A stretch of DNA of 64,000 nucleotides from Geosiphon pyriformis uo1 (Eukaryota > Fungi > Glomeromycota). Made by a program: the position numbers and the translations under genes. Location: positions 186,001 through 250,000 of the forward strand of contig JAAOMT010000384.1 in assembly GCA_016748015.1 (NCBI GenBank), read 5' to 3'. Under the pieces are notes generated by a model. The model saw only the letters and a list, made by a program, of their open reading frames with translations. It searched no databases and was not told the origin of the DNA. This document shows positions 25,190 through 36,276 of the stretch, in pieces (within the stretch, counting starts at the first letter, position 1; each line of letters opens with the position of its first letter).

Positions 25190-26480
25190 AAGAGACAATC
25201 AATGTTGGTATGGAGTTTTCCTGGTTTGTGGTGTACAATATATTGGTAGTTGGCTAAAAATCCTGTCCATTAAGTTTGTTTTGCGTTTAGATGAGTGTTT
25301 TTGTTATGAAGCCATTTGAGTCCAATATTATCAGTGATAATATCAAATTCTTTGGGTCTGAGGTAAAGATTGAAATGATGTAGGGCCCAAATTACTGCTG
25401 CAGTTTCTAATTCTGTTGCAGGGTAGTTCTTTTTGGCTGGTTTCAATGTTCTGCTAACATAAGCAATTACTCGCTCATTTCCATTGTCATCTAACTGTGA
25501 TAGAATGGCACCAAAGGCAGTATAAGAGGCATCTGTTGCTAACCAGAATCTGTTGCTGAAATCTGGGTAGGCAAGAATTGGAGCTGTTATTAGTTTTTCT
25601 TTGAGGATTTCAAATGCGTTTTGGTGTTCAGCAGTCCATTTGTATTCAACTTTTTTGGTGGTAAGCTGGTTAAGAGGTTTTGCAATTTCTGAGAATTCTT
25701 TAATAAACTTCTGATAGTAGGAGACTAACCCTATGAATCCTCTTAGTTCTGTAGTGTTTTGAGAAGTTTTGAAGTTTTTGACAGCGCTGATTTTTCCAGG
25801 GTCCAGTTTGATTCTATCTTTATTAACAATGTGACCAAAGAAGGCCAAGCTTGTTTTTCCAAAGTAGTATTTTTCAATGTTGAGTTTCAGTCCTGCTTTT
25901 TGTAATCATTGAAAAACTTCTCGCAGGTTTTTTAAGTGTAATTCAAATGATGGAGAATAAACATCAGTATCATCAAGATAAATAACTACTGACTTCCAAA
26001 AGAGTCCTTTGTACACAACATCCATTAATTTCTGAAATGTTGCTGGTGCATTGCATAATCTGAAAGGCATTACATTGAATTCGTAATTTCCTCCTTGGAT
26101 TGTGAAGGCTGTTTTGGGACAATCTTTGGGGTCCATGGCAATTTGCCAGTATCCACTTTTTAGATCTAGTGTTGAAAAGTATTTGGCCTTTCCAAGAGCA
26201 TCCAACATATTATCAATTCAGGGAAGAGGATAGGCATCTCCAATGGTGACACTGTTGAGTTGTCAATAATCAACACAAAATCATATCTTTCCATTTTTTT
26301 TTTAACTAAGACCACAGATGAGGCCCATGGACTCATTGATGGTTAAATAAGCACATTGTTGAGCATCCGTTGTACTTTTTTGCAGATAAATTGGTGACTT
26401 TCTGGAGCAACTCGGTAGGCTTACTGTTGTCTTGGTTTGACATCTTCTGTATAGATTTGGTGCTGAACCAAATCAGTTCT
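25190..26480 (-). pseudogene. pol: A1 reverse transcriptase and RNase H
   Basis: FSTLDLKSGYWQI, MPF.L.NAPATFQ, YLDD; LATDASYTAFGAILSQ, NYPATELE. Confidence 0.95.
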
Positions 26481-27009
26481 TCCTAAGTTATTGTTGTTTT
26501 TGGCAAAGATATCAGCAAATTCTGCAATTAGTTCTTTGAGCTGGTTCTGTTGTTGTGGTTCAAGTTGTCCCATGTTGATTCGAGATAGTTTTTCCATAAC
26601 AACATGGTAGTTTTTAGAGCTGGGGTTTGGGTTGATTTTTGGTAGTAAATGTCCAATAATTTTAGAGAAATTGGGGACTATTTGGAGTAATTCTTGTTGA
26701 AAGATATTACTGTGAATAACTCCAATTTTTAAGTTATTTAATAAAACTATGGGATAATTATTGGGGTTGTAAAAAGTAACTCGGACTTTCTTTGTTCCTT
26801 CTGGGATGTAAATATTTGGGATCAAGATATTATGTTTCAAGCAGATTTGTTTATTGGACTCAAAAATTTGTTGGGTGGTTGTTGGCTTTGGGCAGATATA
26901 GATTTCAGGGTGTTCTCCGAAAGGTGAAATAGTGATTGGTTGGGAAAGACATAAAATCTGGTGAGACTCATTTTGTTTATTGAGAGCTATGTTTACTGGA
27001 ACTTCAAAT

Positions 27010-27400
27010 CGTCCAGTTGAACCAAAACCTTGTGTTCCTCTTTTGCTTTTTCTCAATTGTTCTCTTTGATTGATTAACTGTAAGCCCAAAATGTTGATTA
27101 AGGATAAATAGATAGCTTGAGCAATTTTTTCAGCATGTTCAATTTTGAAAGGTTTATTGGTTTCATTTTGGAGTATTACTGTTATGTCACCAGTATATCC
27201 AGCATCAATTATTCCTCCTCTGACATTGATTCCTTTGCTTGCCAGAAAGGGCAATTTTGAGGTTGATTTTTGTGAAAGATTTGGGTTTGAGAACAAAAGT
27301 ATCCTTGTCTGGATATCTTAGGTCATATCCAGCATCAATTTCATGTGCTTTTTCAGGTTTTATTCCTTGTCTGTTGTTGAAGTATTTGAGTTGTAAGGCA
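27010..27400 (-). pseudogene. dut: dUTPase domain between protease and RT of A1
   Basis: Motif 1 DAGYDL, motif 3 GIIDAGYTG, motif 4 KIAQ, motif 5 RGTQGFGSTG; motif 2 appears deleted in this copy. Confidence 0.92.
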
Positions 27401-28359
27401 GGCTGATTTTCGATGAGATAGATGGGTGTTGCTTCAATTTCTTCTGTTGCTTTAAGTTCTCCAAATTCAATTTTATTTTCATCATTTTCACTGGACAGGG
27501 GAATGCTAAGAACATAGCATTCAGGGCACTATTGCTCATTACAAGACATTATGCATTTTTCACACAATTTAATGTTCATTTGCTCTAGCTGTTGGGCTTG
27601 AGCTTCTTTGGTTGGGTAAGTGTGACTGGCAATTTGGTGATATACTTCTACTTCATCTTTGTAGTTGTATCCAGCAATTTCAAAGGTGTATGCAATGTAT
27701 TCTGATTTTTTCATTTGACGAACATTTTTTTGAGTGACTCTATTGATTAAAACTATTGCTAGATTGAAAATCATTTTGGCATCATTAGGGTAATAGTACA
27801 GTTTGTTGAGGGTGCTGTTGTAAGCAGCATCTATAGGGGTTCTTCTTGTTACTTTTTCTGAGATTAAAAAGGCATATTGGCATGTTTGATCACAGACTCC
27901 TTCTCTGAATGCAACATCAATCCAGTTGCATTCATTAAGTAATCGTTCTCCACAAGTCAAACAGGGTGTTCCGTCCCATTTTCCACTTCTTTTGACTAGG
28001 TGTCCCTATCATTCTTGGTGGCAGAATTTGTAATAGTAACAGGTATGGTTTCCATATTCTTCCTCAGGTGAAATACAAGCTTCTATTGATAAGAGTTTCT
28101 TGTGGCAATCTTTGCATTTGAGTGGAATGTAAGAGTGTTGTTTTTGTGGTTCTGGTTTTGAATAGGAGACATTCCATCTGGATGTCACTGGTTCTTTTGT
28201 TTTAAGAGAATTGTTTGTTGAAAAATACTGTTGTTCAGTTTCATCAGCCCAATTGGAGGTTGATTCAAGTGCTATAAATGTTTCAATGATGGGTTTTTCT
28301 TCTTTTGGTTCGAATTCAAAAGCCAGAGTTTTTTCGAAGTGTTTGTTGAATGTACCACA

Positions 28360-28800
28360 AGTGGCAGATACCCAGGTGTGTTGTCCTTGGTAGGAGATTG
28401 TTAACTCTTATGTCTCCCAATTCAGATTAGCATTGGCTTTTTGGAGCCAATTGTTTCCAATGAGAGCTTGGTATTGGGGAGCATCCATGACCAGAACTTT
28501 AACTAAAATGGTGATTCCATTAATTGTGAATGGGAAGTTGTTAATTTCTCCTACTGGAGTCTTTTTCATGCCATTGGCAGTAATGATTACTGTCTGAGCT
28601 GGTTGGTCAATATTTCTCTTTAACTGTTGCATTAACTGGTAGGTGATGATGCTTCCAGCAGATCCACTGTCTAGAATTAAGTAAATTGCCTTTCCTTTGA
28701 CTTTTGCTTCAGTGTACATAGCAGTGATTGCTTTTTGTTTGTTGATGGCTGCATTGCCAAGCAGGAATGGTAACTCATTTGCTTCGAACTCAAAAGAGAA
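28360..28800 (-). pseudogene. A1 aspartic protease
   Basis: LILDSGSAGSII and ALIGNNWL motifs. Confidence 0.92.
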
Positions 28801-28914
28801 TATATCTGAAAGATTGGCATTTTCAGCAATTCTGGCTGGTAGAATTGTGGTAGGAGTATAGGAAGGGTTTTGTTGTTGTGCTGCAGCTCTACCTTCTGAG
28901 AGTGCAGTATGGCA

Positions 28915-30760
28915 AAAATCCTGTTCTTCTGACATCGTAAGATAATTAAGTTGAGTATGATAGTGGTTGGGTCTATGTGGATTCGAATTTTGAGTGGTTA
29001 ACTGGTTGTTGGAATTTAATCTGTTGTTGTTTGTTGGAAAATGGTTTTGTGGTGTAAATTGATTATGTTGAACCAATCTTCTAGCTGGTACTTGATATTG
29101 TGGTGTGGATGGTTGTTGATACTGTTGTTGAATTGGTTGTGGAGCAGGTTGATAATAGTGGTTTGGATATTGTGGCCTTGGTAAATATTGAGCTGGTGGT
29201 GGTGGATAATATGATTGTTGTGATTGGGAATAACATTGATTATTCCTCTGTTGTTACTCTCATTGTAATTTTCTACAATTGCATTTCCAGTATCCTGGAA
29301 TTCCACAATAATGACAATTTTGGATTTGGTTGTTGGATGGTGGTCCAAAGTTGTTTTGATTGTGTCGTTGTGGGGGTTGGTATTTTTGTGATTGTTGTGA
29401 TTGCTGTGGTGGCTGTTGTTGCTGTTGGTTGGTGAAGTAGTTTTCAACTTTCTTGGTTAATTGGTCAATTTTTTCTTCAGCTGCTGAGCTGGTTTCTCTA
29501 ATAGCCAGATTAACAAGTTTGGTATGGTTGGCTTTTTCCATGGTCATTTCATAGTTTTTCGCCTGTTGAATAGCAGTGGCTAAATTTTCTGGTGCATGTG
29601 GGCAAACTTTCTTGATAAGTTTGTCTTTTAGTCCAGCAATGAATTGATTCAAGATTTGTGCATTGGAGTAGTATTCATTGGTTTCTAATTGGCGAATCCT
29701 TCTAAGCAGTTTTTTGAATTTCCCAAGATAGGTCATAACTAATTCACTTGGTTCTTGCTTGATATTTCAGAACCAATTTCGAAAGGTGATAGAAGTGTTA
29801 TTGTCAGTGAACTGTTCTAGAAAAGCAGTTTTGAATGCTTCCCAGTGTTCTGGTGGAGCTTCCAAGTTTTCAAACCATTCACCAGCTGTTTCTTGTAAGA
29901 AGTATGGAATTGCTTTTAACATTCTGGCAGCGTTCCAACCATTTGCATCTCCTGCTTTTGAGACTTTGTCAAGCCATTCTTGAGGACTGGTTTCACTGTC
30001 TTCTCCTGTGAACTCAGGGATTTTTGCGATATATGTGGAGACCATTTCTTCTTCATTTTCCGAGTCTTCTGTTTTTTGTTCTGATTTGGTTTCTTCACTT
30101 CAATTTTCTGCTAAGTAGTCAATAAGGTTTGTGCTGGTTAATATTGGTTCCTGTTGTTGAATAGGGCTTTTGGGTGACTGAAAATTTTCTATTCTTGAAA
30201 ACTGAATAAGTGGTGAGCTTGGTGTTTGCAGTTGAGCAAGTGAAGCTGGAAATGATGTGATTGAGAGTGGTAATTTAAAGCTGGTTCTATGTTCTGGAGT
30301 TTGTAAATGTTTGGCAGTGGTTTTAAGTGTATTGGGAGTGGTTCTGAGTTTTTGTTTCCTTTTTCTTTTTCCTTCTTCTGTTTCTAATTCAAAACCAAGA
30401 GAAAATTTCTGTTCTACTGGATAATTCTCTTCACAATACTGAATGATATTGAAGTTGAGTTCTTGGAAATATGTTTCAAGTGTTTGACTGTTAAAATCCT
30501 GAGTGTTTAGACGAGAGTGATGTACTAAGCTTTCATATAAGTTGTGTCTAATTTCTGAAATGTTGTAGTCTCCAAAAAGATAATTGTTGATGCAATTTTC
30601 AATGTACTAGTAAAGCATTTTCTTGAATGTTTCAATTCCGTCTGGGATGTTAAATCTCTGCTTGCAGTGGGTGTAAATTGACTGATAATACTCTAGAGTT
30701 CTTGGATCTGTTTGAGTTGCCACTTTTGAAGTTGTTGTTACTGTGTTATTTCTATGGGAG
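28915..30760 (-). pseudogene. gag: A1 gag (N-terminal extension, capsid, CCHC knuckle, Q/P/N-rich tail)
   Basis: IPEFTGED..PQEWLDKV..ANGW; QFIAGL; CHYCGIPG(H>Y)WK..C; same frame as protease in this copy. Confidence 0.88.
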
Positions 30761-30767
30761 AGCACCA
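30752..30767 (-). promoter_or_regulatory. Primer-binding site of A1 (tRNA not identified)
   Basis: TGGTGCTCTCCCATAG, 2 nt after the 5' LTR on the minus strand. Confidence 0.75.
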
Positions 30768-30769
30768 AA

Positions 30770-31710
30770 TGTTACTGGAGATTTTTGGTCTCTTCTTAGC
30801 TGTTAATTCACGATTATGGAAAGTGTTTGAACCTCTGATAACTGAATTTATCTTCAAATTATCTCCGATAATTTGAACTGCTGGGCTTATAAGTGGAATG
30901 GCCAATTCTATGCCAGTTGCTTTGTGTAGTTACGTTGTAGCAAATGTCAACTCTTTCCCAGGAATTGCTTGTCTGGAAGCTCACTAAAAATGTGTAGTTA
31001 CTTTGCTGTGAAAGTCAACTCTTCTACAGAAATCTTGTCTATAGGCTACCCTAATGATTATAATAAGAAAATAAAAGAAAAAAAATAAAAGAAATGTAAA
31101 AGAAATAGAATTCTGTCAAGGGAAACATTTTCTATCCAGGTCTGGAGTCACTAACAGTTTACTGAAATTGGTAACTAATCAATTTCAAAACGTTAATTGG
31201 GTTTTGGGGATTTTCCAAGTGTAATAATTAAAAAATTTGGTTTTTTGAATTATTTGATATTTATTTCTTTTTGTGTGTGTAAAAACGGTTCTAAGAGGTA
31301 AATCTAAAGTAAAATACATTTTCTCAAAGAGAAAAGCTCTTTTTTTATACAACTTGTCATAACACTATTCTATGAACTTGAACTTTGCTCTTTTCTATAA
31401 TTTCACTGAACTAAAGATACATTTCGGCAAACTACAAGTTATTTCTGCAAACTATTAAATATTTTGGTAAACTATCAATTATTTCGGCAAATTTCTATAA
31501 ATTTTGGTGAACTCTTGAATGTTACATAGTTCGGGGTATTGCATGATTGATCATCACAATTAGGTTACATTTATGTTATGTACAAATTGGGTTATTAATT
31601 AAATGATAATTTCGGATATTTTGCTAAATGTAATAAGTGATAATTTGAAATAATAAAAATTATAAGGGTAATTTCATGCTAAACAATATCTCTTATTTTA
31701 TCTGGTAACA
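30770..31710 (-). repeat. A1 5' LTR
   Basis: Direct repeat of 13468-14440, adjacent to the PBS. Confidence 0.96.
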
Positions 31711-31714
31711 CTAC

Positions 31715-34700
31715 TAAGGGAGCAGTAGCTAAAAAAATCAGGAAACTTTTGGGAAACATTGTACAGAACAAAGAGATTATCATAGTTGCAGGCAATTTGA
31801 ATGAAGATCTGTTATCCAAGTCACTGAAGGAAACATATGTTACAAATAAGGCCAAAGCTTGTCCAACTGCTGCAACATTACAACATATAAATTTAGTGGA
31901 TACACATGGAGCATATGCAACAAACAATCCAGAAAAGATGTGGGCATCAAATGGTGTACAAAAAAGATTGGACTATGTGTTTACTGATACAGTTACAGCC
32001 TCACTGGTCACAAATATTGGGGTGATTAATGTTAATAAATCTTTTAGCACAGATCACAAAGCAGTGGTAACAATCATCTGATCTGATAAAATCTTGGCAG
32101 GCACTAAAAAATCTAGATCTGGAAAAAAGAAGTGTAGCACAACTATGATTGATGTTAAAAAGGCATCTGGAAATCTATGCTAGAGAAATTGATCGACTAA
32201 CAGATGAAGCACAAAGAAAATCAATAGATAACAGCAATGATGATCTAAACCAGATGTGGCTTATAATCAAAGAGACTGTGTTACAAGCTGCTGAGTGCCT
32301 ACCAAAAAGGAAAGTGGGAGCCTAATTTGCACACACAAAGAAAGAATGCATAAATCACAAACTTGTTAAGATTGTTGCTAATATAATCAAACTAATAAGA
32401 GTAAACAATGCAGATATGCATGATAACAATGTTATGCAGTTGTTGGCCAAATGGAAACAGCTGAAACCTGAGGCAGTTAATGCATATCTGATGACTCTCC
32501 CAAAAGATAAGCTAATTATAGAATTACTCAACACTGTGAGCTAGGATCAGACTATAACAGCAGAGACAGATAGTGGACAATATCATTAGAAGACAACAAA
32601 ACTTTGATCTAAACAAAGAAGCTATGATCAAAAGCATTATGAACAGAAAAAGACAAAGAATTGTACTTGACCATGTAATTAAAGAAGGCGAATTTCATAA
32701 TGATCTTGATGAAATTAAAAAGCTAGTAAACAAAAAAGCCCAAGGGTAGACCAGAACAAGAAGCATTGAGCCTAACCTATGAAAAGTTGGAAACACAGAT
32801 TTGAGCTGATTGAAAGCATTCCAGACCATGTCTTTGATGGTGTAATAGATGAATTAACCAATGAGGAATTTGAACACATATTGAGCCACACACCCCATAA
32901 CAAAGCTCCTGGTCCATCAGACATTCAGGCTGAACTCTGGAGGAAGACTGGGCCTAATACCAAGTCTAAACTGAAAACATTGCTCAATCCTTGCATTAAA
33001 GCCTAAGGAGTGGAGAGTAGCACAAGTTATACTGATTCCAAAGCCAAAAGAATGGAGTGGCAATATTGACATCACCAGGCCAATCACACTCATTGAAAGC
33101 ACCAGAAAAATCTTAACAAAGATTCTAACTGCTAGGATATCAAAAGCATGTGAACTCCACAATGTCCTAAAAGGTTACAATACTTCTGTATTAAAGAATA
33201 TCTCCACAGCAGTGCCTATTCATGTAATTAATGCTGTAGCTGAACATGCAAGAGAATTTGATAAGAAGGCTTGGTTTACATTTCAGGACATGAAAAAGGC
33301 ATATGATTCAGTAAGATGGAAACCCATGGAAGCTGCACTAAAAAGAATTAAGATGAACAATAGGTTTACTGAGCTGTTTGGCTTAATGCACAACAATAGA
33401 AGCAACAAGATTATAACTGAATTTGGGTTAAGTGACAAATATCAAGTACAAGATGAACTGGATCAGGGGAAACAAGCTCACCCATTATGTGAAGAATTTT
33501 CTATGACCCCTTACTGTGCAAAGTAAAACAAGCCAATTATAGTCAGGGATACAAACTGACAGCAGCGTGAAAAAAGTGGGATAATCAATTGGATACACAA
33601 TCTCTGTTGGTATCAGTGAATCACCTTGCCTTTGTCAATGACACAGTGTGAATAGCTAACTCAAGACAAGGAATACAAAGTATTTTGGACACAGCCAGCT
33701 CCTTTTTTAGAATAGTGGATATTGAGATCAACTTAGATAAGACTGAGACAATGGTGGTCAGACCCTCCAAAGAGAGATCTTCAATGGTTAAGCCACTAAA
33801 ATTTGGTCCAGACAAACAAATCTTGAAATTGTTGAATCCATCTACATGTACCCGATATTTGGGGATATGGATCAGAGCAGATGGAAAAAATGAAACTGTT
33901 CTAAAAATGATAGGAAAAAACACATAACTGAGAAACAGGCTATTTACATTTTTAACAGTGTACTCAGTCCAGCTATTGAATTCAGATCTCAGTTGACTCA
34001 TATTTCTAATAGCTGGGCTAGAAAATGGACTTCAAAGATTTCGGCCACTGTGAAGAAAAAAGCAAAACTTTCAGTAGATTTCCCAGCCAGTGCCATGCAT
34101 TATTTATCCTTGTATAACTTGTTCAAAATTGACAATATACAAGTGAAAAGCAAGATCACAGATTTGTTAGTTAGATTGAACAGTGCTGATATTGCTGGAA
34201 TGACTACAAAAATCAGACTAATCAACTTGCAGGCACAGAGATGGTCAGCTCATAGTATACTTGAATATTTCACTAATGAATGATCTAAGCCAGAGGTTAA
34301 TCTTATAGCAAACATTATACAGATGATGAAAAAAAGAAGCATCTCATTCAAGAGCAATGATAACACACATGGGATATCTGAATCTTCAAGACCACAGGCA
34401 TATTTAATTGAGTCTATCTTATCTTCAAGTGAAATCTACATTAAAGTTAAAAGCTTACTAAGAAAGGAAAACATGTTGTACTTGCATCAGATACAGAACA
34501 AAGATGAGTCATTGATGACATAGATGGACTTCACAAGGAAGTACAGACAAAGCGATAATGGTAGAATTCCCAGATGGTTTAAGATTTTAGAATCTACAAT
34601 CATTATGGATGAGTACAGAAACATTGATGTAGCACAATGTAAGACATTGGGTATGCACATACTGACTAACCAAATACCAGATGATTTAAAAACAATGCAA

Positions 34701-36146
34701 AGAGACACTATTTATATCTATATCCCTGACACTTTACTACCACAATGGAAGTGTGTATGAGAGAAGTTAAGACTCAGGAAAGAAATAGAAATATCAACAG
34801 ATGGATCACTGGTAAAAGCTGATTCTGAGGAAGCAAGAGGAGCAGCTGTTTTCATAACACATGGGATAGAAACCAAATTTGGTATAGCAGTTGATGGAAC
34901 ATTATCATCGACAAAAGCAGAGGCAAAGGCTGTATTGTTAGCTTTGGAAGCAGTACCTTATAGATGCAAACTAACAATAAACACGGATAGTCAAGCAGTG
35001 ATGGCAACAGCTCAAAGATGATTATCCAAAAATTCTCCCCTGTCTATTAGAAATCAGCACAAAACTTCAAACTGGCACACATGGAATGCAATCAGAGCAA
35101 TAATAAGAGAAAAGAGGATTGATCTCAACATGAACAAAGTGGCTGCACATGCTGGTATATTAGAAAATGAGAAGGCTGACAAACTAGCCAAAGGATCTAC
35201 TACTCTTGATACAGTGAGGTGGGCCTACAATGCTAAGGAGACAGCATACATTCCTGTTTGTGGAGAAGTTGAATTGGATCTAAACATCAGGCAATTTTTG
35301 AACAAACAGGCTAGTCTTCAATCAGCTTTAGACTGGATAAGCAACAACAAAGTCCAAGAGACAATAGGATCTTTAGACCAAGATATAGACTGAATATGCA
35401 CAGCCAAGATTTGGAACTGGAATGGAAAGATGTCATCAGGCTTCACCTCAGCTGGTTCTTCAGCAATGCACACATTTATTATGAAATCATTTCACAACAT
35501 GCTGCCAACAGCAGAGGTGCTATACAACAGATGTCTCCATGTATATCTGAATAATCTTTGCAAGACATGTCACAGGGAAGTGGAAACCAACCAGCACTTT
35601 TGGGAATGCTCTCTGAATACCCAAAAGGACAAGACACTAATTGATGACATAAAAGATAAGTGGATACAGTGCCTTTTAGAGGCTGTGAGAGGGGGATGCA
35701 AAGCCCATAATACTGACGAGAAGATTGTACTGTCTAATGAATACATTATGTCAACATTTAACATAGATCTGCTATGTAAAGGACTGATCAATAAGCAATT
35801 TAGAAGGATCAATGCTTTTTCTGACATCAATCTAAGAATTAGCAATAATGTATTAATTAAGGGCAGTTACTCAAGCAAGGAATAAATTGTGAGGAGAACA
35901 TTGCAAATTGCAAACTGAATGGGAAAAAACAATGGGTATTGATAATAGGGTCAAGAGAATCCAACTGGTAGTTCCAGTATACATAGTACTTCAAAGAATA
36001 GTGGTAAAAATAATAGCAAACCCATAGTCAAAATAGGTGATGTTTCCATACAGTGTAATGGTATACTGACTAATGTTTTTTGTGGTAGGAGTACTTTGTG
36101 TAATAGTGTGATACCCCATAAATTTTTTGGTTATACTAGTATGTAG
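31715..36146 (+). pseudogene. LINE copy 1 ORF2 remainder: APE C-terminal half, RT, RNase H, C-terminal zinc finger
   Basis: RLDYVF, TDHKAV; FQDMKKAYDSV, LDQG, AFV(D)DT, RYLG; STDGS, NTDSQA, KVAAHAGILENEKAD; CKTC..ETNQHFWEC. Confidence 0.93.
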
Positions 36147-36276
36147 TTAGGCATAACCACTTAGTGGTTGTAATTTAGATTATTGGATGAGTTGGCTTTA
36201 TGAAAAGGTCACATTTTTTAAGTGTGACTAAACTAATAAAAGACCAGCATGGCTACATGTTAACAAAAAAAAAAAA

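Larger units (their letters stand above)
13468..31710 (-). mobile_element. Full-length Ty3/Gypsy family A element (A1) with a nested solo LTR and a nested family B element
   Basis: Paired LTRs, PBS, PPT, gag-PR-RT-RH-IN order; 4 bp TSD CTAC at 13464-13467 and 31711-31714; removing it restores the LINE sequence seen at 41981-42010. Confidence 0.96.
10666..36276 (+). mobile_element. Full-length LINE copy 1 (~7.4 kb net) with an RNase H domain, split by the 18.2 kb Gypsy A insertion
   Basis: T-rich 5' end, ORF1, ORF2, poly(A) from 36265; 16 bp TSD AATA(A/G)AGATT(G/A)GATAG at 10650-10665 and 36277-36292 inside the B1 integrase. Confidence 0.93.
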
